The position numbers and the translations under genes are program-made. 33,547 nucleotides of DNA from Gemmatimonadaceae bacterium (GTDB lineage: Bacteria; Gemmatimonadota; Gemmatimonadetes; Gemmatimonadales; Gemmatimonadaceae), in the NCBI GenBank assembly GCA_040902005.1, contig JBBDYA010000015.1, forward strand, positions 12,922 to 46,468, read 5' to 3'. The notes beneath the pieces are model-generated. The model saw only the letters and a list, made by a program, of their open reading frames with translations, did not search any database and was not told the DNA's origin. Shown here piece after piece: positions 25,148-33,495 of the stretch. The first letter of the stretch is position 1, and every line of letters begins with the position of its first letter.

Positions 25148-26327
25148 CGCGGACGCTGTCGGTGGCGGCGTACACGAACCGGCACGGCTTGGTGCGGTCC
25201 AGTCCGGGCAGAAAAATCTCGTAGTTCGATCCGGGGTGCCAGAGAATCCAGCCCTGGTAGCCGGCGTCGTAGATCGCCCGCTTCTGCAACTCCACTTCTT
25301 CAGCGCCGTACGGCGGCTGGCCGATGGAGAACGCCTGGATCCATGGCCGCACGTGCTCGGCGCGCGTGATCCCCAGCTTGTCGTCGCGCGCGCGCGCGCC
25401 CTCGATCGCCGCGCGCACGATCGTGTAGGGCTCCGCGTTCGGTCGCGCCACGCCGAACGCGCCGCGGGGATAATGCGACGGATAGACCATCGGGAGCATC
25501 ACGTCCGTCACCGCCGACATCTTTTCCCACTGCTGCCCAATCTCCAGCGCGCCGCGCACCGTCGTCACCAGGCCGAAGACATCCGCGGTGCTCCTCACGT
25601 TGTACCTGGACAGCCGCTCCCGCGCCAGCCTGAGAAACGCCGCCAGGGCGTCCGGATTCGACAGCGTTTTGCCCGCGAACACCTGCCGGGGCAGGCTCGG
25701 ATAGGGTTCCGGAAAGCGGATGTAATCCCACTGGATCTCCTCGAACCCCAGCGCCACGAGTTCCTCGGCCACGGCAAGGTTGTAGTCCCACACCTCGCGA
25801 TGGTGCGCGCTGACCCAGGCCAGCCCCTCCTTGTCGAGCCACACCGAACCGTCCTCTTGCTTGATCGTCCACGCGGTGTTGAGGCGCGCCGCGACAGGAT
25901 CCTTGAACGCCACGATGCGCGCGATGGGAAGCAACCCGTGCGCCTTGACCGAATCCGTGAGCGCCTTCACGTCGCGCACCACGCCGTGCCCGTCTCCCGC
26001 GTACTTCCGCACGGCGGGACTGGACGAGACGTAGTTGAGGCCGAACTCGTCCTTCATGTCGATCACGAAGGCATTGAGCTCGGTGGAGTCCGCCATGTCC
26101 AGCAGTCGGCGCATCCGGCGCGGGCTCTGGGGGGCGAAACGATTGAGATACAGCCCCCGCACCACCGGGTAGTCGCCGGTATCGGCCGGCGGCACCACCG
26201 CCGGCGTATCCACGGCGCCCGGACTGAAGCTGACGACGGACGTGTCTGCACGCGGCGCGTCGCGTTCCGCGGAACACGCCACGAGCACAAAACTGACAAA
26301 CAGGATTCGCAGAGATGTCATTGTCAT
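25128..26327 (-). CDS. Putative glycoside hydrolase (DUF4015-like) lipoprotein
   Basis: Lipobox LVA-C; VRGLY, ELNAFVIDMKD, IARIVAFKDP, GFEEIQWDYIRFP, PMVYPSHY, VRPWIQAF. Confidence 0.82.
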   Translation of the reverse strand: MTMTSLRILFVSFVLVACSAERDAPRADTSVVSFSPGAVDTPAVVPPADTGDYPVVRGLYLNRFAPQSPRRMRRLLDMADSTELNAFVIDMKDEFGLNYVSSSPAVRKYAGDGHGVVRDVKALTDSVKAHGLLPIARIVAFKDPVAARLNTAWTIKQEDGSVWLDKEGLAWVSAHHREVWDYNLAVAEELVALGFEEIQWDYIRFPEPYPSLPRQVFAGKTLSNPDALAAFLRLARERLSRYNVRSTADVFGLVTTVRGALEIGQQWEKMSAVTDVMLPMVYPSHYPRGAFGVARPNAEPYTIVRAAIEGARARDDKLGITRAEHVRPWIQAFSIGQPPYGAEEVELQKRAIYDAGYQGWILWHPGSNYEIFLPGLDRTKPCRFVYAATDSVRATGRCS

Positions 26328-26339
26328 GAGTTGGCTGAC

Positions 26340-26445
26340 CGGCGCGCGAAGCGCGCCGCCGAGAACTTACCCGCGGCGAAGCCGCGGCCGAGAACCTGCT
26401 CGCGGCGAAGCCGCGGCCGAGAATCTGCCGGCGGCGAAGCCACGG
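26340..26445. repeat. Array of four ~29-bp units, each containing a GC-stem/GAA-loop hairpin (REP-like)
   Basis: GCGAAGC cores with GAA at 26348, 26378, 26407 and 26436; linkers of the form GCCGAGAAxxTxC. Confidence 0.85.
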
Positions 26446-26477
26446 CAGATAACCATACGCAGTATATTTGCCATCGC

Positions 26478-27665
26478 ATGACGCCCATCCACCGGGAATC
26501 GCCACGGCAGAGCATCCGGGCACTGATTGCCGCGGCGGCGGTGCTGTCGCTCGGCGCCGCGTGTACCCGCCACCGCGATGGGGCGCCAGAGGCCGAATTC
26601 CTCCTGGCCGCCGGCGATTCGACCTACTGGCTGCGCAATGTCGGCGGCAATCTCCAGATGCGCGGATCGCCCATCGTCATCGTGCGCGTGGACGGCCGTT
26701 TCCGCGAGCTGTATGTCGTCGACGAAGACCGGTCGTACGAGCGCGCGCTGTTCGTCGGCCAGCGGCTGTACCAGCGCGATCTCATCACCAGCGACTCGAC
26801 GGTGGTCTATCGCGACACGATCGTGAGCGCCATGGCCGCCGTGTTCGAGCGGCGCAATCCTGAAGCGCGACGCCTCGCGCCCGATGAAGATCCGTCGGAG
26901 GATCCGGCGATCACCGCCAGCGCGGACGTGAGTGTCCTGGGCGTGCACGGCCCGTTTCTGTCGCTCGAGTATCACGTGGACACCAGCGGTGCCGGCGACA
27001 CCTCCTGGCACATGACCCGTCACGCCGTCGTGGATCTCCGCACGGGTCGCGAGGCGTCGCTCGCCGACGTGCTCGGCGCCGGCCAGGCGGCCACGGTCGT
27101 GAACCAGGGGCGCCAGGCGCATCGCGAAACGATGGATTCGGTGCGTGCCGACACCCGCCCGGCCGCCCGACTCGCCGCCCGGGTGCTGGAGCGGTTCCGT
27201 TTTGATCCTCGGAGTTTCTCACTCGCGGCACCCGGCGGCACGCTGATGGTCGCATTCTCAGCGCCGGGCGCGGGAACGGGGGGCGAGGGATTTGCGCTGC
27301 CGATCCGTCTGGTGCAGGTCGCCCAACCGGAGTGGTGGGCGGAGGCCAGGTCCTCGCTGCCCACCGAGTCGCGCTCGAGCGAGGAGCGCTGGACGCGCGA
27401 AGGCTATACGGTGCAGGCCGAGTACGACACGAGCGTGCAGTCGGTGCGCCTGTCCGTCGTGGACAGCGCCGGAAGGGGATTTCAAATGGGCACGGTCACG
27501 GCGCCGGTGCACCGGATCTACTGGCTGGATCAGCCACCGATCGACCAGGTCCAGCGCAGCGCGCTCGGCCGCGCCTTTGACGACGCCGCACTGTATGATG
27601 AGTCGGCGCGCACGGTGCACGGTGGCGGCCAGTCCCCATCGCCTCGACTGGTGTCGCGTCCATGA
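26478..27665 (+). CDS. Hypothetical lipoprotein
   Basis: RALIAAAAVLSLGAA-C signal; 395 aa; stop overlaps the thioesterase start (ATGA). Confidence 0.75.
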   Translation: MTPIHRESPRQSIRALIAAAAVLSLGAACTRHRDGAPEAEFLLAAGDSTYWLRNVGGNLQMRGSPIVIVRVDGRFRELYVVDEDRSYERALFVGQRLYQRDLITSDSTVVYRDTIVSAMAAVFERRNPEARRLAPDEDPSEDPAITASADVSVLGVHGPFLSLEYHVDTSGAGDTSWHMTRHAVVDLRTGREASLADVLGAGQAATVVNQGRQAHRETMDSVRADTRPAARLAARVLERFRFDPRSFSLAAPGGTLMVAFSAPGAGTGGEGFALPIRLVQVAQPEWWAEARSSLPTESRSSEERWTREGYTVQAEYDTSVQSVRLSVVDSAGRGFQMGTVTAPVHRIYWLDQPPIDQVQRSALGRAFDDAALYDESARTVHGGGQSPSPRLVSRP

Positions 27666-28162
27666 CCAGCCCGGCAGCCGGCAAGCCGGTGCGCGAGAGC
27701 CAGCACGAGACGTCCGAGTTGATGATGCCCCACCACGCCAACAACCTGGGGCACGTCTTCGGCGGCGTCATGCTGTCGATGATGGACAAGACCGCCGCGG
27801 TCGCGGCGTTCCGGCACTGCCGGCTGCACGTCGTCACCGCGTCCATCGACCGGGTGGACTTCCGGGAGCCGATTCACGTGGGCGACCTGGTGGTGATGAA
27901 GGCCAGTGTCAACTTCGCGGGCCGCACATCCATGGAAGTCGGCGTCCGGGTGGAAGCCGAGGAGCTCTTGACCGGGCGCCGCCGACACACCAATTCCTGT
28001 TACTTGACGTTCGTGGCGGTGGACAGCGCCGGCCGGCCCATTCCAGTCCCCGGACTGGTGCCCGAAACGGACGACGAGCGGCGCCGGCACGAGGCGGCGC
28101 GCGGGCGACGCGAGCTGCGACTCAGGGAACGGGAAGCCGAAGGGAGAATGCGGAAGTCATGA
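27662..28162 (+). CDS. Acyl-CoA thioesterase (hotdog fold, YciA-like)
   Basis: MMPHHANNLGHVFGG, VVTASID, AGRTSMEVGV, YLTFVAVD. Confidence 0.92.
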   Translation: MTSPAAGKPVRESQHETSELMMPHHANNLGHVFGGVMLSMMDKTAAVAAFRHCRLHVVTASIDRVDFREPIHVGDLVVMKASVNFAGRTSMEVGVRVEAEELLTGRRRHTNSCYLTFVAVDSAGRPIPVPGLVPETDDERRRHEAARGRRELRLREREAEGRMRKS

Positions 28163-28560
28163 AGCGAGTGTTCAGCGTGGACGAGGCCAACAAGACACTG
28201 CCACTGGTCCGGCGCATCGTCGAGGACGTGGTTCGGCAGCATCGCGTGTGGCGCGAACGGATTCTCGAGCTCGATCTCGTGGCCTCCGCCGGCCGCGGCG
28301 ACGAACCGCACGAACGGGCCGAGGCGCTGGAAAAGGAAGCGCAGATCCTCGCGCGCGAGATCGACGGCTACCAGAGGGAACTGGACGAACTGGGCATTCA
28401 GCTCAAGGACCGGCGGCTCGGGCTGGTGGACTTTCCCAGCGAGATAGGCGGACGCAAGGTGCTGTTGTGCTGGCGCCTCGGCGAAGCCGAGGTCCAGTAC
28501 TGGCATGACGAAGGCGCCGGCTATGCGGGCCGACAGCCCCTGCAGCCGACGCCGGTCTAG
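28159..28560 (+). CDS. DUF2203 family protein
   Basis: FSVDEANKTLP, GIQLKD..LGLVDFP, LCWRLGE..V.YWH..GYAGRQP; ATGA overlap. Confidence 0.85.
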   Translation: MKRVFSVDEANKTLPLVRRIVEDVVRQHRVWRERILELDLVASAGRGDEPHERAEALEKEAQILAREIDGYQRELDELGIQLKDRRLGLVDFPSEIGGRKVLLCWRLGEAEVQYWHDEGAGYAGRQPLQPTPV

Positions 28561-28584
28561 CCATCACCCTTCGACGAGAGAGTC

Positions 28585-28842
28585 GTGAGAACGTTCCAAT
28601 CCAGCGACGGCACGGTGTGGAAGGTGGAAGCCATACTGCCCGCTTCGAGCAACATCATGATCAGGTTCCGCCACCCGGACGGCGACACATCGCGCCTGGA
28701 TCGCTACAACTGGCACATCAGCTCGGGGCCGGAAGCGCGCAGCGTGACGTCGAGACTCTCTCCCTCGCGCGTGATGGAGCAGATGGACGACGCTGCCGTT
28801 GCACGCATGTTTGCGCGCTCGATGCCCATATCCCGTCCGTAG
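28585..28842 (+). CDS. Small hypothetical protein
   Basis: 85-aa ORF with a purine-rich RBS-like GAGAGAG upstream; MRTFQSSDGTVWKV start. Confidence 0.65.
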   Translation: MRTFQSSDGTVWKVEAILPASSNIMIRFRHPDGDTSRLDRYNWHISSGPEARSVTSRLSPSRVMEQMDDAAVARMFARSMPISRP

Positions 28843-28895
28843 CTCCTGGTTCCTAGCTCCTGGTTCCTGGTTCCTGGTTCCTGGTTCCTGGTTCC
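28840..28895. repeat. 7-bp tandem repeat T(A/G)G(C/T)TCC x8
   Basis: TAGCTCC TGGTTCC TAGCTCC (TGGTTCC)x5. Confidence 0.92.
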
Positions 28896-29809
28896 CGGAA
28901 CGGCACCTCGATCTCCATCCCGTCCTTGCCGATGACTACGTCCGCGAATTCGGCCCGCGCCTGCGCCCCCAGCTCTGCCGTATCGCGGGAATAGCGCGCG
29001 GAGAAGTGGGTCAATAGCAGGCGTTTGCATTCGGCGCGCCGGGCAACGATCGCCGCCTCCCGCGCGGTGGAATGCCCCGTCTCCGCGGCGCGCTCGGCCT
29101 CCTCGTCGCCGAACGTGGCCTCGTGCACGAGCAGGTCGGCGCCCCGGGCCGCCTCCACGGTGTTGTCGCTGGGACGGGTGTCCCCGGTGATGACGACGGT
29201 GCGCCCCCGGCGGGGGGGACCCACCAGCTCCGGTGGCTGCACGACGCGCCCATTCTCCAGCGTCACCGCCTCGCCGCGGTGGATACGCCCCCACAGCGGG
29301 CCTTCCGGAATCCCGATCGACCGCGCGTGGTCCGGATCGAACCGTCCCTTGCGATCATCCTCCACCAGGGCGTAACCCATCGCGGCGCCCGGTCCATGCG
29401 CTACGGCGAAGGGCATGATCGCATAGTCCTTCCGCCGCACCGCCTCGCCGGGCTCCAGCTCGCGGATGACCACCGGAAACGTCAGCCGGTCCACGCCAAA
29501 CTGCTCCGCGCGTTTCAGGTGCCGCTCGGCCGGGCGCGGACCCCAGAGGCGCAGCTCCTCCGTGCGGCCCTGGAGGGCCATGGTCCGCATCAACCCGATC
29601 AAGCCGATCACGTGGTCGGCGTGAAAGTGCGTGAAGAAGATGTCCGCCAGTGAGAACGCGACGCCGTAGCGCATCATCTGGCGCTGGGTGCCCTCGCCGC
29701 AGTCGAACAGCATGGTTTCCCCCTCGCGAACGAGCGCGATGGACGAAACGTTGCGCTCCACCGTGGGGCGGGACGCCGAGGTGCCAAGAAGGACAAGGGA
29801 CAGGCTCAT
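28853..29809 (-). CDS. rnz: Ribonuclease Z
   Basis: LLGTSASRPT, LFDCGEGTQRQM, FTHFHADH, flexible arm IPEGPLWG, TGDTRP, VHEATF, GHST, LTHFSARY. Confidence 0.95.
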   Translation of the reverse strand: MSLSLVLLGTSASRPTVERNVSSIALVREGETMLFDCGEGTQRQMMRYGVAFSLADIFFTHFHADHVIGLIGLMRTMALQGRTEELRLWGPRPAERHLKRAEQFGVDRLTFPVVIRELEPGEAVRRKDYAIMPFAVAHGPGAAMGYALVEDDRKGRFDPDHARSIGIPEGPLWGRIHRGEAVTLENGRVVQPPELVGPPRRGRTVVITGDTRPSDNTVEAARGADLLVHEATFGDEEAERAAETGHSTAREAAIVARRAECKRLLLTHFSARYSRDTAELGAQARAEFADVVIGKDGMEIEVPFREPGTRNQEPGTRS

Positions 29810-29928
29810 TTCGGGGCTCAATATAGGCCCGCCGCCTAAACCAGCCCCACATAAGTCCGTTACGGCCCACACTTTGCTTCTGATGCCCTCCGGACACACA
29901 GCAAGAGGAGCCAGGAGCCCGGCACGCG

Positions 29929-29943
29929 TGGCGCGAGCATTGC
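29929..29943 (+). promoter_or_regulatory. Putative sigma54-type -24/-12 promoter
   Basis: TGGCGC-GAGCA-TTGC, about 60 bp upstream of the KGG gene start. Confidence 0.5.
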
Positions 29944-30003
29944 GTCACGGCAATCAGGGCGGGTTCATGTCGGCACCTCTTTCTCTTATGGGAGGGAGTA
30001 GTA

Positions 30004-30624
30004 ATGGCGAATAGAGCAGGCAACGATGATCGCGGCTTCGGCTCGTCGGATCGGGAACGCCAGCGCGACGTGATCAGCGAGCCATCGCGTGGCGCATCCC
30101 CGATGTCTGGCGCCGGTGCAAACAGTGGCGACAACGGTGGTGGAACCAGCACTAGCCGAAAGAGCGCCCGGGGCTTTGCGTCGATGGATCAGGAGAAGCA
30201 GAAGGAGATCGCGAGCAAGGGCGGACGCGCCGCGCATGCCAAGGGCACTGCGCACGAATTCGACTCGGGCGAAGCGAGAGCCGCCGGCCGCAAAGGCGGG
30301 ATGGCGGTGAGCCGCAACCGCGAGCACATGGCCGCGATCGGCCGTCGGGGCGGCGAGGCCCGCGGACAGCGCGCCCGTGCCGCATCGCAAGCGAATGCGC
30401 AGCGGTCCAGCATAGAAGCGGCGCGACAGAATACGCCCGCCGCCAACACCGGTTCGGGAAACACGCGTGGAGTGGGTGTCGATCGCGAGATCGGCATTTC
30501 AGGCACCTCGCTGGGGGCCACGCAGAACACGCGCGGTGGGGAGAATGCGCTGGGTGGCGAACGTCGCCAGCCGTCGTCGCCCGCCGGTGGAGTGGAGGGA
30601 GCCCGGGGGGACGAGAGAGCGTAG
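30004..30624 (+). CDS. KGG-repeat stress-induced protein (YciG/GsiB-like)
   Basis: RGFASMDQEKQKEIASKGG, AHEFDSGEARAAGRKGG, NREHMAAIGRRGG; strong GGAGGGAG RBS. Confidence 0.88.
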   Translation: MANRAGNDDRGFGSSDRERQRDVISEPSRGASPMSGAGANSGDNGGGTSTSRKSARGFASMDQEKQKEIASKGGRAAHAKGTAHEFDSGEARAAGRKGGMAVSRNREHMAAIGRRGGEARGQRARAASQANAQRSSIEAARQNTPAANTGSGNTRGVGVDREIGISGTSLGATQNTRGGENALGGERRQPSSPAGGVEGARGDERA

Positions 30625-30732
30625 GAACCTGACTCGCCGAGGGCCGCCGCTGGGTTTTTTCGCGTCGGCGCTCGAGCGGCAGGCGGTCGGTACGGAGCTG
30701 TACCGGTCGGCTCAGCGCACCTGGGAGGAGGG

Positions 30733-30770
30733 ATGGATAGCCGCGTGATGAGCGCGGCTATTCCATTTCT
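30733..30770. terminator. Stem-loop between convergent genes, probable terminator
   Basis: ATGGATAGCCGCG-tgatgag-CGCGGCTAT(T)CCAT followed by TTCT. Confidence 0.6.
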
Positions 30771-30791
30771 AGGGTACGCGGATGGCGCGGA

Positions 30792-31745
30792 TTAGGCGAC
30801 GATGGACTGCCACCGTGCAGGGTCGATGTTGCCACCCGAGACCACCACGGCGCACGGCGTTTCGGGATGCAGCTTGCCGAGCAGCACGGCGCCGGCGCCG
30901 CACGCGCCCGCCCCCTCGGCCTTCTGCCCATGCGCCCCGTTCAGCCACCGGATGGCTTCCTCGATCTCCTGCTCCGTCAGCGTCGCGATGCCATCGAGTG
31001 CGTGGACGCCGATGTCCAGGGCGTCGTCGTCAATCTGGCCCGCGAGACCATCCGCCAGGGTGGGAACGCTCTCGATGGTCACCAGCCGGCGCGCCTCGAG
31101 CGACCGTGTCATCGCTGCCGTGTGCTCACCCTGCGCACCGTAGATCCGGACGTCGGGTCGTTCCCGCCGCACGAGACTCGCGCATCCCCCCAGCAACCCG
31201 CCGCCGCCCACGTTGACCACCAGGGAGGCGAGGGCAGGAAGCTCCTCCAGGATCTCGAGTGCGACGGTCCCCTGGCCGGCCAGCAGCATGTCTCCGAGAC
31301 AGGGATTGATGTACGGCATGCCGTGGCTGGCACCGAAGGCCTTGGCGGCGTCCATGGCAGCGTCATAGTCCGGCGCCGAGTCGTCGAGTTCGGCCCCGAG
31401 CGCCCGGATGCCGTCCTTCTTGACCGTCGGGGCGGTGGAGGGAACGTAGATCTTCGCGCGTAGGCCCAGCGTCCTGGCGGCGAAGGCGACGCCCATCCCG
31501 TGGTTGCCGGCCGAGGACGCGACGACTCCGCAGTCGCGGTCCGATGCGGACAGGGTTCCGAGCGCATTGAGAGCGCCTCGGAGCTTGAACGAGCCGGTGG
31601 CCTGCTCGTTCTCCAGCTTGAGGTAGACGTCCCCCCCGGCGACGCGGCTCAAGGGCTCGCTTCTGAGCAGCGGAGTGCGCCGGATGTGGGGGGCAATCCG
31701 CAGGGCGGCCTCCCGGACGGCGGAGGCTTTAAGTCGCTCGAACAT
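30792..31745 (-). CDS. Threonine/serine dehydratase-family PLP enzyme (fold type II, no regulatory domain)
   Basis: RTPL, YLKLENEQATGSFKLRGA, SSAGNHG, AGQGT, VGGGGLLGG, TLADGL, VVSGGNID. Confidence 0.9.
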   Translation of the reverse strand: MFERLKASAVREAALRIAPHIRRTPLLRSEPLSRVAGGDVYLKLENEQATGSFKLRGALNALGTLSASDRDCGVVASSAGNHGMGVAFAARTLGLRAKIYVPSTAPTVKKDGIRALGAELDDSAPDYDAAMDAAKAFGASHGMPYINPCLGDMLLAGQGTVALEILEELPALASLVVNVGGGGLLGGCASLVRRERPDVRIYGAQGEHTAAMTRSLEARRLVTIESVPTLADGLAGQIDDDALDIGVHALDGIATLTEQEIEEAIRWLNGAHGQKAEGAGACGAGAVLLGKLHPETPCAVVVSGGNIDPARWQSIVA

Positions 31746-31779
31746 GGGCAGTTACCAACGTGGGGAGGTGGCCGTCAAC

Positions 31780-31808
31780 TTGTTGAAAACGCCTGTCCCG
31801 ACTAGCTT
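31780..31808 (+). promoter_or_regulatory. Putative sigma70 promoter of tRNA-Ala
   Basis: TTGTTG-N17-TAGCTT, about 40 bp upstream of the tRNA. Confidence 0.45.
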
Positions 31809-31847
31809 GATGCTCGACGGCGGCGCTCGCGCCGCCGTTTCGTTTGA

Positions 31848-31920
31848 GGGGCTGTAGCTCAGCTGGGAGAGCGCTGCAATCGCACTGCAGAGGTCAGGGG
31901 TTCGATCCCCCTCAGCTCCA
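31848..31920 (+). tRNA. tRNA-Ala (anticodon CGC), CCA not encoded
   Basis: GGGGCTG/CAGCTCC acceptor stem with G3:U70, anticodon arm CTGCA-ATCGCAC-TGCAG, T-arm GGTTCGATCC; followed by TTG rather than CCA. Confidence 0.96.
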
Positions 31921-31949
31921 TTGCAATAGATGGCATGGCGTGGTATATT
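31921..31949 (+). promoter_or_regulatory. Near-consensus sigma70 promoter immediately after tRNA-Ala
   Basis: TTGCAA-N17-TATATT with extended -10 TG. Confidence 0.6.
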
Positions 31950-32025
31950 TCTCGCTTAAGTAATCAGTGCCCGCCGCCGCTCGGTAGGACGGAGAGTTCC
32001 AATGACGGTGAGCGTGGCAACCTTC

Positions 32026-32063
32026 AACGCCGCGGCCCAATGGGTCAGCGGCGTTTTGATTTT
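32026..32063 (+). terminator. Rho-independent terminator
   Basis: AACGCCGC-GGCCC-aat-GGGTC-a-GCGGCGTT followed by TTGATTTT. Confidence 0.7.
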
Positions 32064-33388
32064 CAGGGCGTCAGCTTGCGCACGTCCGCGGTGAGCGCGG
32101 TGAATACCTCCCGCAGCCACGCCATCTGTTCGCGCTCCGCCGCTCCCCGATAGTCGCTCAGCGCGATGGTTGTCAGCCGGGTGATGAACCGCAGGATCCC
32201 GCTTTCCTTCACCTCCAGGTGCAGCTGGCGGCGCAGAATGGACTGCGCGCCGGTGGTGTCGGTCACGCTCATGCCGAACAAGGCGCCTTCGCCCTGAAAG
32301 GGCCGGCGCAACGGCGTGCGAAGCAGGCGCTCCGTGATCAGGGGAAGCACCCATCGTGGCTCTTCGCGCGAGACGATGGTGAACCCGACTTCATGCGCTG
32401 TGCGCGTGAGAGTGAACCGCGTGCGAAGGTCACGGAAGCCCGACGTGAAGAAACTCACCGGCATCGTGAAGTCACCGGTCAGCGCCAGCGAATCCGGGAT
32501 CGGGCGGGACGTACCGGACAGCGGCACCACCTGGCCGCGCTGACTGCGCACGCGGAACGTCATGTGCCCGTCGTGCAGCGACAGGGCGAGCCACGGCGTG
32601 CCCGACTGGTCGGAAAGCGTCCAGCGCGTCCGCGCGGTGCCCCCGTACCGACGCATGTACTTCGCGAAGGCGGGATAGCGCGACTCCACCCCGGCCGGCG
32701 TAATCGTGAGCGCGAACACGGCCAGCGTGGAGCTGTCGGGCAGGTGCGTCGTGCGGATGGAGTCCACGCGGAAGAGCTGTCCGAGTGTCGCGGACGCCAC
32801 CGGAATCGTGGCTTTGTAGTCCGCGCGGATCTGTCGCTCGGATTTCCCTTCGCCGGAGGACAGCAGCGCGCGAAACATCGCGCCGACGGCGGCGGCGCTG
32901 ACGCTCCCGATCGCGTAGAACACGTCGGTGTCCCACGCGAACTCGTTGGCGTCGGCCAGCCGCGTGAGATGAATGACGTGCTGCGACTCCGCGGGCGCCG
33001 CGGGCGCCGGCGCCACAGGCACCGCATTCAGCTCGTAGCGACTGCCCGAGAATCGGCCCTGTACGGACAGCGTGCGCCGCGCGCCGACCGAGGACGTCCA
33101 TGCGCTGCTGTCGCGCCAGACGCGGGAGGGAACGAGCGCCGCCTCCGCGATCCTGACTCGCGCGGCGTCGTACTTCGCATCACGCGCCGGTTCGGTGACG
33201 CGCGCCCCGAGCGCGGCGAAGGCCTCTTCGGCGTGGCTGGCCGATGCCGGCGCGCCGCCGCCCAGCGCCACGATGGAGTCGCGGCAGCCGGACAGTACGG
33301 GAAGTGCCAGGATCAGCAGCGCGACGCGGACCGGAATTGAGTGGCGCGAACGGCGCCGTCCGGAGAGCGTAAGTTGGCTTGTAGACAG
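32063..33388 (-). CDS. Hypothetical lipoprotein (start uncertain; first canonical start is GTG 33271)
   Basis: 402-aa ORF; the in-frame upstream extension encodes RRRSRHSIPVRVALLILALPVLSG-C (Cys codon 33286-33284). Confidence 0.7.
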   Translation of the reverse strand: MSTSQLTLSGRRRSRHSIPVRVALLILALPVLSGCRDSIVALGGGAPASASHAEEAFAALGARVTEPARDAKYDAARVRIAEAALVPSRVWRDSSAWTSSVGARRTLSVQGRFSGSRYELNAVPVAPAPAAPAESQHVIHLTRLADANEFAWDTDVFYAIGSVSAAAVGAMFRALLSSGEGKSERQIRADYKATIPVASATLGQLFRVDSIRTTHLPDSSTLAVFALTITPAGVESRYPAFAKYMRRYGGTARTRWTLSDQSGTPWLALSLHDGHMTFRVRSQRGQVVPLSGTSRPIPDSLALTGDFTMPVSFFTSGFRDLRTRFTLTRTAHEVGFTIVSREEPRWVLPLITERLLRTPLRRPFQGEGALFGMSVTDTTGAQSILRRQLHLEVKESGILRFITRLTTIALSDYRGAAEREQMAWLREVFTALTADVRKLTP

Positions 33389-33421
33389 GACTAAGAGGGT
33401 GTCGAGCGGTAGCGTTCAGGG

Positions 33422-33450
33422 TTGCCGCTCTGGATTTTCACGGCTAACTT
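33422..33450 (+). promoter_or_regulatory. Putative sigma70 promoter of tRNA-Gln
   Basis: TTGCCG-N17-TAACTT. Confidence 0.55.
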
Positions 33451-33495
33451 TGCGGGCCCGGTGTAAGTACCGGAATCGATCACAGTAGTTCCCGC

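Noticed and set aside
26340..26445. Possible mini-CRISPR array
   Set aside because: Linkers are only about 12-14 bp and resemble each other, so they are not unique spacers; no cas genes in the window.
31817..31838. Hairpin ACGGCGGCGC-TC-GCGCCGCCGT followed by TTCGTTT before tRNA-Ala, as a terminator or riboswitch
   Set aside because: Lies in the short tRNA leader right after the putative promoter, and no aptamer is recognisable; function cannot be supported.
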